Of a stretch of 47,567 nucleotides of DNA, positions 24,855 through 37,034 are shown piece after piece. The stretch comes from Catajapyx aquilonaris. Taxonomy: Eukaryota. The position numbers were made by a program, and so were the translations under genes. The stretch lies in NCBI GenBank assembly GCA_000934665.2, contig KZ538788.1:1-47567 (forward strand), written 5' to 3'. The number at the start of each line of letters is the position of its first letter. The stretch's first letter is position 1. The notes under the pieces were generated by a model. That model did no database searches, had not been told where the DNA came from, and worked only from the letters and a program-made list of their open reading frames with translations.

Positions 24855-27302
24855 GCGGCACTTTCTGGTTGGCTACTTTATTACGGTTTGGCAGGATGGT
24901 TTAATGCGGAATCCGTGCGGTTAATGCCAAGATTATACATAGGCTCTTTAACGGTTCCGAGATTGGTCATACATAATGAACGGCGATTTGGACCAGCCTT
25001 TACTGGTTTTGACCCCGAAAATTTCTTGCTGACCGGGGTCGGTCCATTCACCTGTGGGAAACCCAATCCTGGAACAGTTATGGGGGGGATGAGGAGGGGG
25101 TTAAAAGAGAAGCCGGGTTGATCCAGCGGCAGGTGGTAAGGTAAATCCCTATAAGTCGAAACCCTCCAAAAATCCGATCGGAAGTAACCTGATGGTTGGA
25201 TACATATGTGGCAGGCATGTCTTTACAGTCCACACCATGAAAGGACTGAGGGAGTGGTCAGCGTTTCCAAACCACAGCTCACGACACACGCGATACCTGC
25301 CACATTTCATCTGAAATCGGCCGACAACCAACCCAAATTATAGTATTTGCCGATCTTGTGTCCGGTCGAGAAAAAAAAGGTGCGTTTGGTCGAGATTCAA
25401 TCAGTAAGGAAAACCCCTTGGCTGAATGACCCCTCACCAGGTGGGCTTAAGATCCCTGCTGCTTCACTACCACCCAAAACCCTGCGAGGTTCGCCACGCC
25501 CAAATTTTTTCCGCGCGGATTTACACCTTCCGGCAAAAATCTTTCGGAGAGGGACACACCTGCGACATTTCCCCCGTGACGGACACTTCCTGAGCCCAGG
25601 TGTGAGTCGAGGAATGCGGGCCAAACATGAATGAGCTTGGAAATGGGGGGACTCGGTCCATGAGAAAACCCAAGCAGGGGGTCATCCGTTCCTTCTTTTT
25701 TTTTTCAATACATTCCAGCAGGAGAAGTGACCATCAATGGACTGAAATGTCCCGGTTTGTGCGCATGTGGTGGGAGTCACGTGTTTGGTAGGCATCAGGT
25801 GTCAGTTGCCTACCTTGCCAGGGGTTGCGTTGCTCCTCTGCCAACACACACTATATACACACACTTCTCTAAGGGGTATGCAATCCCACAGCAAAGAAGC
25901 ATCCTTCCTCTCGTGGGCAGGCCAGGCTGGAAACTAACATCCATCCCTGGCCGCCACCACCGCCAACCACCACCATCACCACCTAACACAATCCCAACAA
26001 TGAGAGCAATATAAAGCCCATCGCAATGTCCGAATGGGCAGGAAGGACCCTTTTGCTTCCAATGAAGCCGATTTTGTTCACATATTGAGCCGACGGGATT
26101 CAAGTTTAATGTACAGGGATGGGGTACAAGAAAGGGGAGAATAAAGCCAGATACTCCCGCACAATGCCAGCCATTGTTTTCTATTGTGCCACTGCTGATG
26201 GCCATTGTTCCATCAGTCGTATTCACTTGCGTATATGACAAAAGGCAGCACCATTTCCATCATCCCGGGCAATAGCAGCACTTCTTTCTGCCAGCCCTGG
26301 TAATATAGTGGACAGCGGACCCCCCCAGTCCGAAAAGCCCCCCCTTTTCCCTGGAAAAAGGACCATTCAGAGAGCTACGGGCCAGCGTTGCATGCAGGTG
26401 CCAAGGCATTGTCCACACTGCTAAGCACCCGATTCAGCGCAAACATGCCAACACCTACAGTCCTACCCCTCCACCGGTCTGCCCACTCTCGTCTTCATTA
26501 CATCCACCAATCTGCATATCAAGAGATTGTTCCCCAACCACAATGCGGCCTAAAGGCCATTTAACACCACGTGCCATTTCGCACCCTTTGTTCTTAAACG
26601 TCATTATCTCTCGACAAAGCCGCTCATTGATTCTTCAAAGGACTGTACGGCCCGCTGCCCTAAAACACACACTCATGAACACCCCCAAAAAAATGTGTCA
26701 TCCTTATGACATTTTGAAGATGACCTTTTAGGGCGCTGGTTTACAACCATTCCGTGCCTTATCTATACCAACCCACACGTGTTAATACTGTGTGATTCAT
26801 TAGTTGTGTACAGCCCCAAGAATCCCGCCATTTTTTACACCTCCATAGCACAGCACCCCTCTCTGAAATTTAATTTTGGTGATCAGATTTTTGAATCTCC
26901 CCTAGCATCACCCGCGTTTCTCCCTCCTGGTCCGGAAACCCCGGGGCCCGCCAGCACTTCAAATCGGAGTTGGTTATCAAAAGGCAATGGCGTTTGATGA
27001 GTCCGATAAGTCCCCGTGTGCCGCATGCGGGACCCACGTATAGAACCCCCCCTCTCTTTCGAAAAAAAAAAAAAACCTACCCCCCCTCAGGGGAAGACTC
27101 ACTTCGGGTAGATACTGTAGATAGAAGACCCCATCATTCAACTCGCCAACGGAGCCCGTATTGATTCAGCGCCCCAAGCTTTTCATTTGAGGTTTTCAGT
27201 GTCTCCTCTGATCCTGCCCTTGTCACAAAAAGTACGACAACAAGGTTCCGTCCTTATCTTAACAGTACGTTTCGAAAAGTGTCGGAATTTTGCGTGTCGC
27301 GA

Positions 27303-27414
27303 GAACCATCCATGCGAGAGCCATTCGCACGGAGCGGTACGGCGCGGCGCTCTCGTATATATACGAGAGCGCCGCACCGTGCCGCACCGTGCGTACGTGA
27401 TTCGTATATGGTTC
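27303..27414. repeat. GC-rich hairpin, probably a palindromic MITE core
   Basis: 33-bp arms from 27326 to 27393 (cgcacggagcggtacggcgcggcgctctcgtat versus atacgagagcgccgcaccgtgccgcaccgtgcg, 3 mismatches) around a 2-nt centre, plus an outer gaaccat / atggttc pair. Confidence 0.8.
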
Positions 27415-29214
27415 GAAACGCAGCAGCCCCATCCGTACCGGTAAACAAAAAAATTTCGCTACTACGCGACATGTGTCGTACTATTCGAATCCCACCATTT
27501 TCAATTACTCTCTCACTCGAAATTGAACCTGCCGAGTGTGATCTGCTTAGCACCATATCCTCCACAACGAGGTTCACAGTGAGTGACTGGCGTTTCTTCC
27601 GATAGAATGAATGTTTCATGGAGCGAGGGGGGGTTAATCATCCGGATGGGACACTATCCCTAATTACGGCTGTCCCATTTGTTTCTCACGGGTTTACACG
27701 GGGGAAGCGACGACGACTCATTATTAATTTTTCAAGCATGTTCCCCCCCCCCCCCCNACTCATTATTAATTTTTCAAGCATGTTCCCCCCCCTCCTCATC
27801 CGTAGCACACTTCCCTCTATGGCACCGTGTCTAAAGACATCTCAATTGCCCCTTTCGCCACGCATGAGTTAAAAGAGAATACACTATATACCAGGTTGAA
27901 AAATTGATTCAGTCACGAAGCCATGATGAATTCGGCCTGGATACTTTGCCCCCTCTCATTTATTTGAGAGAGTACAGGAAGGGTCGAAAAAAACATGCAC
28001 GAAAAGATGGGACTCTCTAATCACGTCACGCTCTGTGATTATTAGTACATTCTATCACTTTCGACACGCTCGTGTAATATGTCGATACTTGGAAAGTAAC
28101 GGACATGAAGCACGGATGGCGCTAAATTTGAAATCGAATAAATTTGGTGAGTAAGGTGAGTTAATGACATTTCCTCCTCCACCCACTCTTAGTGGGTGTC
28201 GTAGGGTGGGCTGGTGGAAAGTAGATGTGGGGGGAGGACCACCTGCCCTGCCCCTGACAAACTCCGTCACGCCTAGATGAGACGTGGGAACCAATGAGTG
28301 TGCTGGCCGCCATATCCAGGCCCTTCCCTTCCGTTGCCTGGACACCGACGACGCCACCTCAACGCGCAATCGCTGAACAAGCAATCGATCTACTCCAAAA
28401 CACGCAAAATGGACGAACCCTAGAATTTCTACCCACCCTCTCTAAAATATCTATATCCACTTTTCCCACCAGCATAATTTTCCACTGGGGCTGGGGGGGG
28501 GGGGGGGGGAAATACCGGTGTTAAAAACATTTTCNGGGAAACTGTCAGTTAACGATGCATTTTCAGGCAACATGTCGAGGCGAATCCATTTTTCCACCTA
28601 CTGATGATCGTCGTGGCAACGGGCAAAACATCCTCTCTGTGGTGAAACTACTAACGATCTCCAATCAACGCGACTCCACAACAGGAAGCGTGTCGCTGGG
28701 CAACCGATGCTTATGTGAGGCGTTGATAACTCGAGTCGTGCTAATCAGCATTTTGGCCGATAATGAGCTTTAATGCTGGAATTGAGGGCATAATGAGGTG
28801 TACCCTTTTTTCAGGGATGGGGGGGATTTTCCAACCGCGATTATGATTAGAATCGTGACATAATAGTGATTCAATCCGATTTTATTTTTTTTGTTTTGAA
28901 AAATGTGTGGTGCGCGGTACTTGGTTGACTCGAGCGCTGTGTGCGGCGAGAGGCTGAACTGCCACGAGGGAGCGAGTTTCGGGTGGAGTGGCTCCTGCCA
29001 TCTGGCGGCCAGATGGACGAACTAGGTGGAGAACAGCTACCTATACGGTACCGTATATATAAATAATGACAAATATTAAACACCTTTTGCCTGCCGGATC
29101 GAGTGGTCTGGTACATACAGCAGCTGTAGCATTATGAGACGTATTGTATAATCAAATTGTTTTCAATATTTATATTTTTTAATTAACGTGTTCAATTAGT
29201 TCATTGTTTTTCAG

Positions 29215-29400
29215 ACCTGTGGTGGTAAAGAGTGTTCCTGGAAGACAACCGCAAGCACCTAGCAAGTGCACGAGCGACAAGAGAGGCGCAAAGGTTATCG
29301 AACTGACAGGATGAAGATGTTCGGTATTGCGGCTCAAAGGGGAACGTCACGAATATGTAAATAGATTTACTGAATGGACTTGGCACAATAATAGAGGCAG
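29215..29400 (+). other. Candidate non-coding or 5'UTR exon
   Basis: Strong acceptor tcattgtttttcag and consensus donor CAG|GTAAGT. GC content is higher than the flanks, but all three frames contain stops. Confidence 0.35.
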
Positions 29401-29720
29401 GTAAGTCATTCATCAAAATGCAAACAGTTTGGGATGAGTGCTACAAGGTCAAAAGTTATGATCGCTCGAAGTCATCCCGGAGAGCTTACCCACATGTGTG
29501 TAAATAAAAACTTGTTGTCATCATGGTATAAGTCATCATGGGAAAATCCATCTATAATAATTATGTGAACTTCCATTGTCAGTATACGGTCCACGTATGG
29601 TCCGGAAAATACATGTAATAACAAAATTGCACAGATAAACACTATTCAAGACTCACCAATTTAATGTCATTTGTGTTGCCAGAGCTTCCAGCCTAGCTTA
29701 TTCAGTTATTCTATTGTTAA

Positions 29721-29978
29721 CCCTTAACTACGTAGGTGGAGCCTGCGCGTCTCCAAGTGTATATTTAAATCTCTTGCTTATCAGCTAAAATGTTATATTG
29801 GACTTTTCACATACAGAAAGTGCGCAGTTCAGATCATTAGGCTTCCGAAAACGTAATAATCACACGCTGAGTCAGCATATTCCGACAGAAAAACGACAGA
29901 AAAAAATGTCGATGGGCAAGTTTAATCACGTTTAAATAGTGGTTGGAGCCTCTCAGGCTCCACCTATGTAGTTAAGGG
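29721..29978. mobile_element. piggyBac-type MITE
   Basis: TTAA|CCCTTAACTACGTAGGTGGAGCCTG ... CAGGCTCCACCTATGTAGTTAAGGG|CTAA: 36-bp TIR with 4 mismatches, CCC/GGG ends, TTAA target duplication with the right copy mutated. Confidence 0.85.
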
Positions 29979-30039
29979 CTAACGATATAGCTTTTGCGTC
30001 CGGTAAACCTATATCCAAGGTGTCTATAGTGAATTACTA

Positions 30040-30365
30040 CAGTCAGCCCCCGGATATCCGGGGCAATTGGCTCCACCCGCGCGCCCCATCACCTGATAAA
30101 CCGAACCCTATACGTATATGTAATAAACGCTTGCAATGTTGCTTATTGTTGACACTGTTTAGTGTTTACTCATATTGTTCTGTGAGGATATTTCCATGGA
30201 AACTGTGATGACGTCAGATCGTTCCCTCATTTTCCGTGAATTAGACATCAACAGCAATTAACAGTAAAAAGGTGTAACAAAATATCAGTAGGCTGCGCAC
30301 TCAAGGGACAGCGGAAATCAGTATGTTATAATCGAGAGTCTGTTATAGACGAGACTGTTATATCT
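30040..30365. mobile_element. Degenerate pogo/Tigger-like MITE fragments
   Basis: TA|CAGTCAGCCCCCGGATATCCGGGG resembles a left TIR. Repeated tgttata/ctgttata motifs at 30324-30361 resemble the subterminal motifs of the 37811 element. No matching right TIR was seen. Confidence 0.35.
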
Positions 30366-33300
30366 ATAATAAAATGTATAGTATACTATACATTTTATTA
30401 TTAGCTAGAGTGCTAGACCGTAAAATAAATTAATTATTAACAATTAATTGCGTGCATGGTAATCGATAAGTTTGGCTTTTCATATTGTTAATTGTTATTA
30501 ATTTTTCCCCCCATGATTAGCATTGTTGACCGGACCACCACCAAAGTCCCTACCTCAACCAGAGTTCGATTGAACCGCGCTCTATTGAACCAAGAGCCAA
30601 CTTCCTGCCTGGTGTCGCCCCACCGGCAGAATCCCAAACTACGTCGCCAGGCAAGCTCCACCACCACGAGCACGTGCTGCCTCCACCGCCACTCTCCTCA
30701 ACTACGTGCAACCCACAAACATTTCCGCGCCAAGTTCGGTCACTCACTCTCAATCCTTGGCAGTACAAATACTCGTCAATCTTTTTGTGCGATATAGTAC
30801 CTGCACTCACACCAAGATACACTTTTTTTATATAGCAAACTCATGGCACCCTGCCAAAAATCTGGGGGAGGTGAGGTAATACACATAACACAATCAATCA
30901 ATCTTGACCTTTTCACTAAACGTCAACCCGGCTCAAAACGTGCTAAAAATAAATCACTTTACCCGCAAAAAAAAACAGCTGACACCAAAGGAATACACAG
31001 TGACCTGCTGTCCTATAATGTGAGACGATGCACTCGCCCGGACTTCCCGACATGCACTGAGCCCGGGTTCATTTCCCGGCGCCCAATGACAACTGGTTGC
31101 GATGGAAAAGGGGGCGGCGGGGGGGGGGGGTGTAACAGAATAGAGCAGGGAGTGCTGCTTTTGCCCACATCTAATGAACCAGTGTCCACCCCCATCACAA
31201 TCGATCGGCCATGTCCATGGGCCAGCTTCTTTATTGTGTGGGGCATCCGCTGGGAAATGTATCAATCATCGCTCGACTGCAGCTTCTGATCTCAAAGGAT
31301 TAAACCTCCCCCTTCCCCCCTCCTCCCTTCCACACACACACACATACACACACACCCTTCCATCGCACCCATACAAAACGCACCCTACTCTCCCGGGCGC
31401 CCTATTGTGTCAAGTGTAAATGGGAAGGGATAGTTCTCGCCATATATGTGAGGAATATGGTACAGTAGGTTAGAACATTTTTAGCCCCCAAAAAATATAA
31501 TACTCCCACCCCTGATTTATGCCCGGATCTTCCGAATCTTTCACGCGCCCTGGATTTTCATTTTCCATAAAAAAGAGTGTAGGGGGGTGGATGGGTGGCC
31601 CTGGGTGAAGGGTGGGGGGGGGGGGGGNGGGGGGGGGGGTGTGGCGATGACGTGGAGGGGGGCCGGCCATTGTGGCTGTGTTTGCAAAGAATTGCTGAAT
31701 GCCGCGGCGGCCACAATGAATGCCGGCATTGACCACAGTTGCCATGGCAACCAAGCTTTTGTCATCTGCCTCTCCAAATTGTCAGGCTCAAATGAGAGCC
31801 TCCCCCCCCCACCCCCTCCCAATGAAAATAGGAGGGTGGAGGGAGGGAGGTAGAAGTGAAAAGGGTGGGGTGGTGCACAGGCAATGCCTGCATTTCAATA
31901 CCACACTCCTTTTCTATAGCTATGTTTTCCAAAGCCTATTCCGCTCTCGGGTTCCACATCTATCGGGGCGGTATTTACACCATTCATTGGGTGGCGTAGG
32001 GCGTAGGGAGAGTGAGAGGGGAGGAGGGGGTATAGGGAGTGAGAGGCCTTTCAGAAGACGGCCCTGATTTGATGTCAGGCGCCCATTCTACACAACAAAG
32101 GCCCGCCTCGGCGCACCCCGATGGGCTCCGCTACGTAAAGGCCAGGAACCAAAGAACAAGTACACTCATTAGCGATCCTACGGCGATAGTACGGGGGGAG
32201 TCTGGAATATAGCCTTTTATACCCCTCCCAGTTTCTAAGAGGTGACCTACGCAAGACAGTTACACAACCGTCCTTGAATACCCCCGTGATTTTGCATTAG
32301 TCTGGCCAGGTGACCGGCCAGGTGGATGACTTTTACAGGTTCGTAGGTAGGTGGCAGGTGAATCGAAGGACACCCGCCCTTTTCCGCAAACAGTCCCCTT
32401 CTAAGAGCTCTTTTGTGTAGGTTCTGGGGATGGTCAAATTGCCTCTGTTGCCCCNATATGGTTTGACATCGGTAGCGAGGACCAGGTGAGCAGGAAGTGA
32501 CCTTTCAAATAATGGATGCTGACCTTGCTAGCTGGAGTCGCGGTTGATAACAAAAGGAAGGTACTGTCAGTTGGCAGTGACAGGCTTCAGTGTCAATATG
32601 AAGGGAAGTCAAACAGAAGCACGTGAGGGTTATACCAAAGAGGACCACCTGTGTGAATAGTGTAATTATTATGAGATGACGTGAGACATTTTCGCCATAT
32701 GTCACACACTACAGCATTACGTAATAAAGTGCTTGGCTGTTTTAGTTCATTACACTCAATGCCATTCTACATTATGTCAAGGTTAGCATGCATCGTACAA
32801 ATCGTTGACAAAATGGTTTAGCAAAAAACAGATTTGGCGGGGCACGCTAGATCATTTTGGTCAAGCCACACCCTTTTTACATATATACGCTTACATAATC
32901 AGAAATTCCAGCGAAATTTATTAATTAATATACACTTTCATGGCAATGGTGTGGCCTTCAGCGCATACACTTCAGCATGCAGCATATTGAAACCTCCATC
33001 CTTCGCATCTTCCCTTGCACACATGGCCCATTCTTCCTCCCTTTGTCACTGGACACAGAAGACGAGTTAGGAACGGGGTATGTCCTCAATGCACCAACTC
33101 GTCCTTTTGGGAACGAAAAAAGGAAGTCTCTTTGAGAAGAGGCCAGTGCTCAGCATTGAGACTCCCATCCCTCCAGGTATGGCTGCCACCTCTACTGTGG
33201 CCGAGAAAAGCCTCTAATGCCCCCTTTGTTGCATACGTTTACTCCCCAACTGAATGGAAGTGAGGTCTAAGAGAGGGTGGGTGGGTAGGGTGGAATTGGT

Positions 33301-34859
33301 ATAGGGAACGTCTGCTGACTCGTGAAAGAGCTGGGGGTGCCTAAATGGATGCCTCCTTGATGAAGCTATTTAGACATGGCTGCAAAATATCCCTCGGAGC
33401 GAACCGAACCCGCTTTTCAAACTGTCCTCTATATTCCTTCAGGGAGGGGGTATATATACATAGAGGGAAGCATATGCCTTTTCACTAGTTTTCAAAAGCC
33501 ACAAGTGAAGGGAGAACAGAAAACCTTCTTCGACGTTTCTTGAAAAGGATGAATCACGGTGGATCAGCTCAGATTAAGAAGGCAAAATAGGGTCTCCCCC
33601 AAAATTCGCCATCGTTCCAAAGGAGCAGCCACCGTGTATATTCAGGGCTCTTTTCTCACCTTCCATTTACAGCCCACTGCTCCCCTTGACCAACCTTTTT
33701 TTTTTAGAGGGGGATGGTGGTAGCCTCTGGGATGAAAAACACCTTCCCCTCTCTGGGGGTCCTCCCATTGCCACTATATACATGGGGGTCTGAATAAACC
33801 AAGCCGATGCTTTCAGTCCCGCCCAAACAGTTATGCAAAAGGCCTCTCACTGGATAGCAAAGCTCCTTGCACGGTCACCCTGTCAATCTGGCGAATAACG
33901 AGACCCCTCAATACCCCCATGCCACTTACCGGATTTTAGCAAGAGGAAGCTTTCAAAAGCGATATATCGACTCCAATATGATATATAAAAAAACCAAAAT
34001 ATTACTGTAAAAATTATTGTAAACTATACCAATCGATAACGTTGTGTTTAGACTTGCGGCTGATTAGAGTCATTTGTCTGAACGGCAGCAGCTGTGGTTG
34101 GCAGTCGTGGTACAGGGGATGTGTAACTTGCATCACGCGAACAATGCCATGTCGTATACACTTCTGACAAGAATGAAATGAAGGTTACTTTTTTTTAATT
34201 CAATTCAATGGAAAGCGCGCTCAAGTGTGCACATTCCTATTATTCAGCTCATTGTACACCGGTGGGGGTCCGGGACAAGCGTGGCACTGGCCATTATATA
34301 CGTGACTTGTACCTGTTGTAACTGCCACATGTATTCTGTACCCTATCTATTGTACGAATTCATTGCGGTCTCTATATAGTATGAGTCAACCATAAGGGGA
34401 GAGATTAATGTTATATTCAAATCCAGCATGACATGATGGTGATATTCAAGGATACCACAACCAGAAAACAGCGACGTTTCTTGCCATATTTTCTGAATTC
34501 CGCAGTGACCTACTCGTGTTTCCAGCACTGTCGCATCATCTGCATTTCCAGGAAAACAAGATGAGATGATAGTATAGGCAACTTCAATTTCCAGGTTCCT
34601 AGGATTATACAAAACCGATGCATAATTAAGAGTGAACGCCTGTCAGTATTGTTCCTTTCAGCCCCAGAATCGCTGCTGACATTAATTATTTAGTCTTATT
34701 TACGACTGGCTGAATAGGAAGTCGGCTCCGATTTCTCAACTCAATTCGCCTTTTCTTCCAACGTTCTTGTAGACGAAAATTTCAGTAGAAATAACTTACC
34801 CTCTAGTCGTAAAGTTACTCCATATGTTGATTTTTCTTACACTAGACACACGCGGCAAC

Positions 34860-35160
34860 CCACATCGCACTCTATCCGTCACCTGTTGACCTTGCCCGTA
34901 CTCACCGCACACAATCCAGCTGACCACGTGATTCGCGCCACACGTGCACCATTAGCCCCGCCCCACAGTTCGGCCCGTGCGGCCCTCCTGTCCGGCCCGC
35001 GGGACTGAGAGGCACGCCCCCCAACCTCCAGCCTGGAGCCCGGCTGCCTCCCAACTGTCAGCACTCCGGCCACTCTCTCCCTCCTGGCGAGCCTTGGGCA
35101 GGCGCTCACTTGCTCTCCACTCGCACGCCGCTCACACGCGCTGTTGCCACCCACGGTATT
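34860..35160. promoter_or_regulatory. GC/CpG-rich promoter-like island with tandem E-boxes
   Basis: Abrupt rise in GC and CpG. CAGCTG at 34917, CACGTG at 34925 and 34941, GC box CCCCGCCCC at 34956. Minus-strand donors GTGAGT (34905) and GTAAGT (34799) lie nearby. Confidence 0.4.
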
Positions 35161-36962
35161 ACACCGATCTGTCTTAACAGCACCGTGCAGCATATAGAGT
35201 CAGAAATTACATAGCATAAGTCTGCACATTGTCCAGTGTTGCAAAGATAACTGCAAACAAAGGTGTGCATGCAAAACACCCTCTTACCTGTCACTGGGCA
35301 CAAAGACGGCTCAACCTGAATGGTTTTGCATTTGCAATAGAATCCATTAAGATCATTACGAAAAGATGACTTGCACTGCCGGCTGTATATATAGGCCGGG
35401 GTTTACGAAACCGGGCTTGTATAACACAAACATGGATCATGCAGTACTGCACAATAGAAGTATTTATGTCATTGTGTGCGAGCTATGTGCCAGCACTCTT
35501 CCCAAAACGAGAGGTCTAAAGTTAACGGTTTATTCGTATCACTGGTTTTGGAAGTGCAGTCATATTATTTCCTCTTATCGTCAAACACTCTATGATCAGA
35601 TAAAATGTCGGCCCAAAGGTCTACTAATCCGCTTAATACTACAGCACAGGTAGTCATCGCACAATAATAGGGTCGTGCCCTGCAGATCTGATCACCTGAA
35701 AGCGAGTGATAGCAGGCTGACAATAGTAAAAAATATTTATAGGCTATCTAATAATCTGGCTTATACTATACCGTACGTGCTGAGTATAGTACGCAAGGTT
35801 GGTGTACTACCAGATACTATAGAAGCTCAGCATTAATATTAATACTGTTTGCGTATACTACTACTTGGAAGTCCGGTTTTGCACATTTCAACAACTGGTT
35901 GAAATTGCTATATGCTCATCTGGCATTCAAAAAATTAAAGCTTCCGGCACTCCCCTCCTATTATTACCCCACCAATTCCCGCCCTCCATATATACCCTTC
36001 CTCATAACACGATTAGAACAGAAACGCCCCCATTGAGCCAGAAAAGGGCTCATTACTTTTTAGCTGGCCCTGATTGCGGTCAACTGGGTGAAGAAGCTAT
36101 CTCTGCACCTGACACTGCCATTCTTGTGCCCGAAACAAATCCGGTCATTCCACAGCTCAAAAAATTGACCACGATGCCATACTTGGGTCTTCCTAAGAGA
36201 AAGGACGCTCCCCTCAACATTTGACAACGGCGCCTATTCCCGGCGTCGTCCCGAGGCGTACAATGCGGCGACAAAGCCACACTCGCAGCGCCAACTCTTT
36301 TATGCAAAGCCCCCTCACTGAATGGTAGACAGACAGGCAGGCAGGTCTGCCAATGCAGTTGTCTGCTTCTGGCCAACAGCCCTTCATGTCCCTCCCCCAC
36401 CACCAGTTTCACCCCCATCACATACACACACACGTTCCAAAATCCTTTATTTTGACCGGCAGCGCCATTTCGCCAGGCGCGTTATGGAGCCACGTCTTTT
36501 CGCTCACCCGGGTGGTGGAACAATGGGGTCTGTGTGAGATATTTGGACGTATCGAATATCGATATTAATTTGATAAAAGTACACAGAGGGCGCTGATGAT
36601 AGGAGAACGTCGAGTCCCGAGAAAACCTACACGGACGCGGAGAATACCCATCGAAACACTCTCCTCTGGAGGGAATGCTCAATGTTTCACTTATGTCGAT
36701 TACTGATGTTTTTTCTATAATTACAGGCCTCAGCAGTTCAGCACGCGTCACTATGCAGTTCAGAACGCGTCACCGGCGTCACTAACAGTTTTCTGATGAC
36801 AATGTGGCAGGAAGTGATAACACGTCAGCAGACACTTGTAATGTAGAGAGAAAAAAAGTAACGGAAGTTGCATAGCTTCCCATGACAAGTACAGGAGCCA
36901 CGTATCAATATTGAGTGCATCAGAGTGCCATATTCACGACATTCTCGAACTGGACAGCCAGA

Positions 36963-37034
36963 ATGAGAGTGTGTGCTTTTTTCGTATCCTGCGGAGGAGT
37001 TCTTTTCTCTTTGATCCTACAAGCTCAGGCAGAG
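36963..37034 (+). CDS. OBP coding exon 1 (signal peptide MRVCAFFVSCGGVLFSLILQAQAE)
   Basis: ATG at 36963, hydrophobic core, followed by consensus donor GAG|GTAAGT at 37035. Confidence 0.85.

Noticed and set aside
27716..27792. Direct duplication of actcattattaatttttcaagcatgttcccc either side of a single N
   Set aside because: Typical unmerged contig overlap at a poly-C run, so an assembly artefact.
12810..28630. Hammerhead-ribozyme-like CTGA(T/A)GA cores followed by short stems (12836 minus, 13936, 22314, 28601)
   Set aside because: None has the required GAAA after stem II.
34844..34857. 13-nt match (agacacacgcggc) to my recollection of insect miR-970
   Set aside because: The seed region differs and no precursor hairpin is evident.
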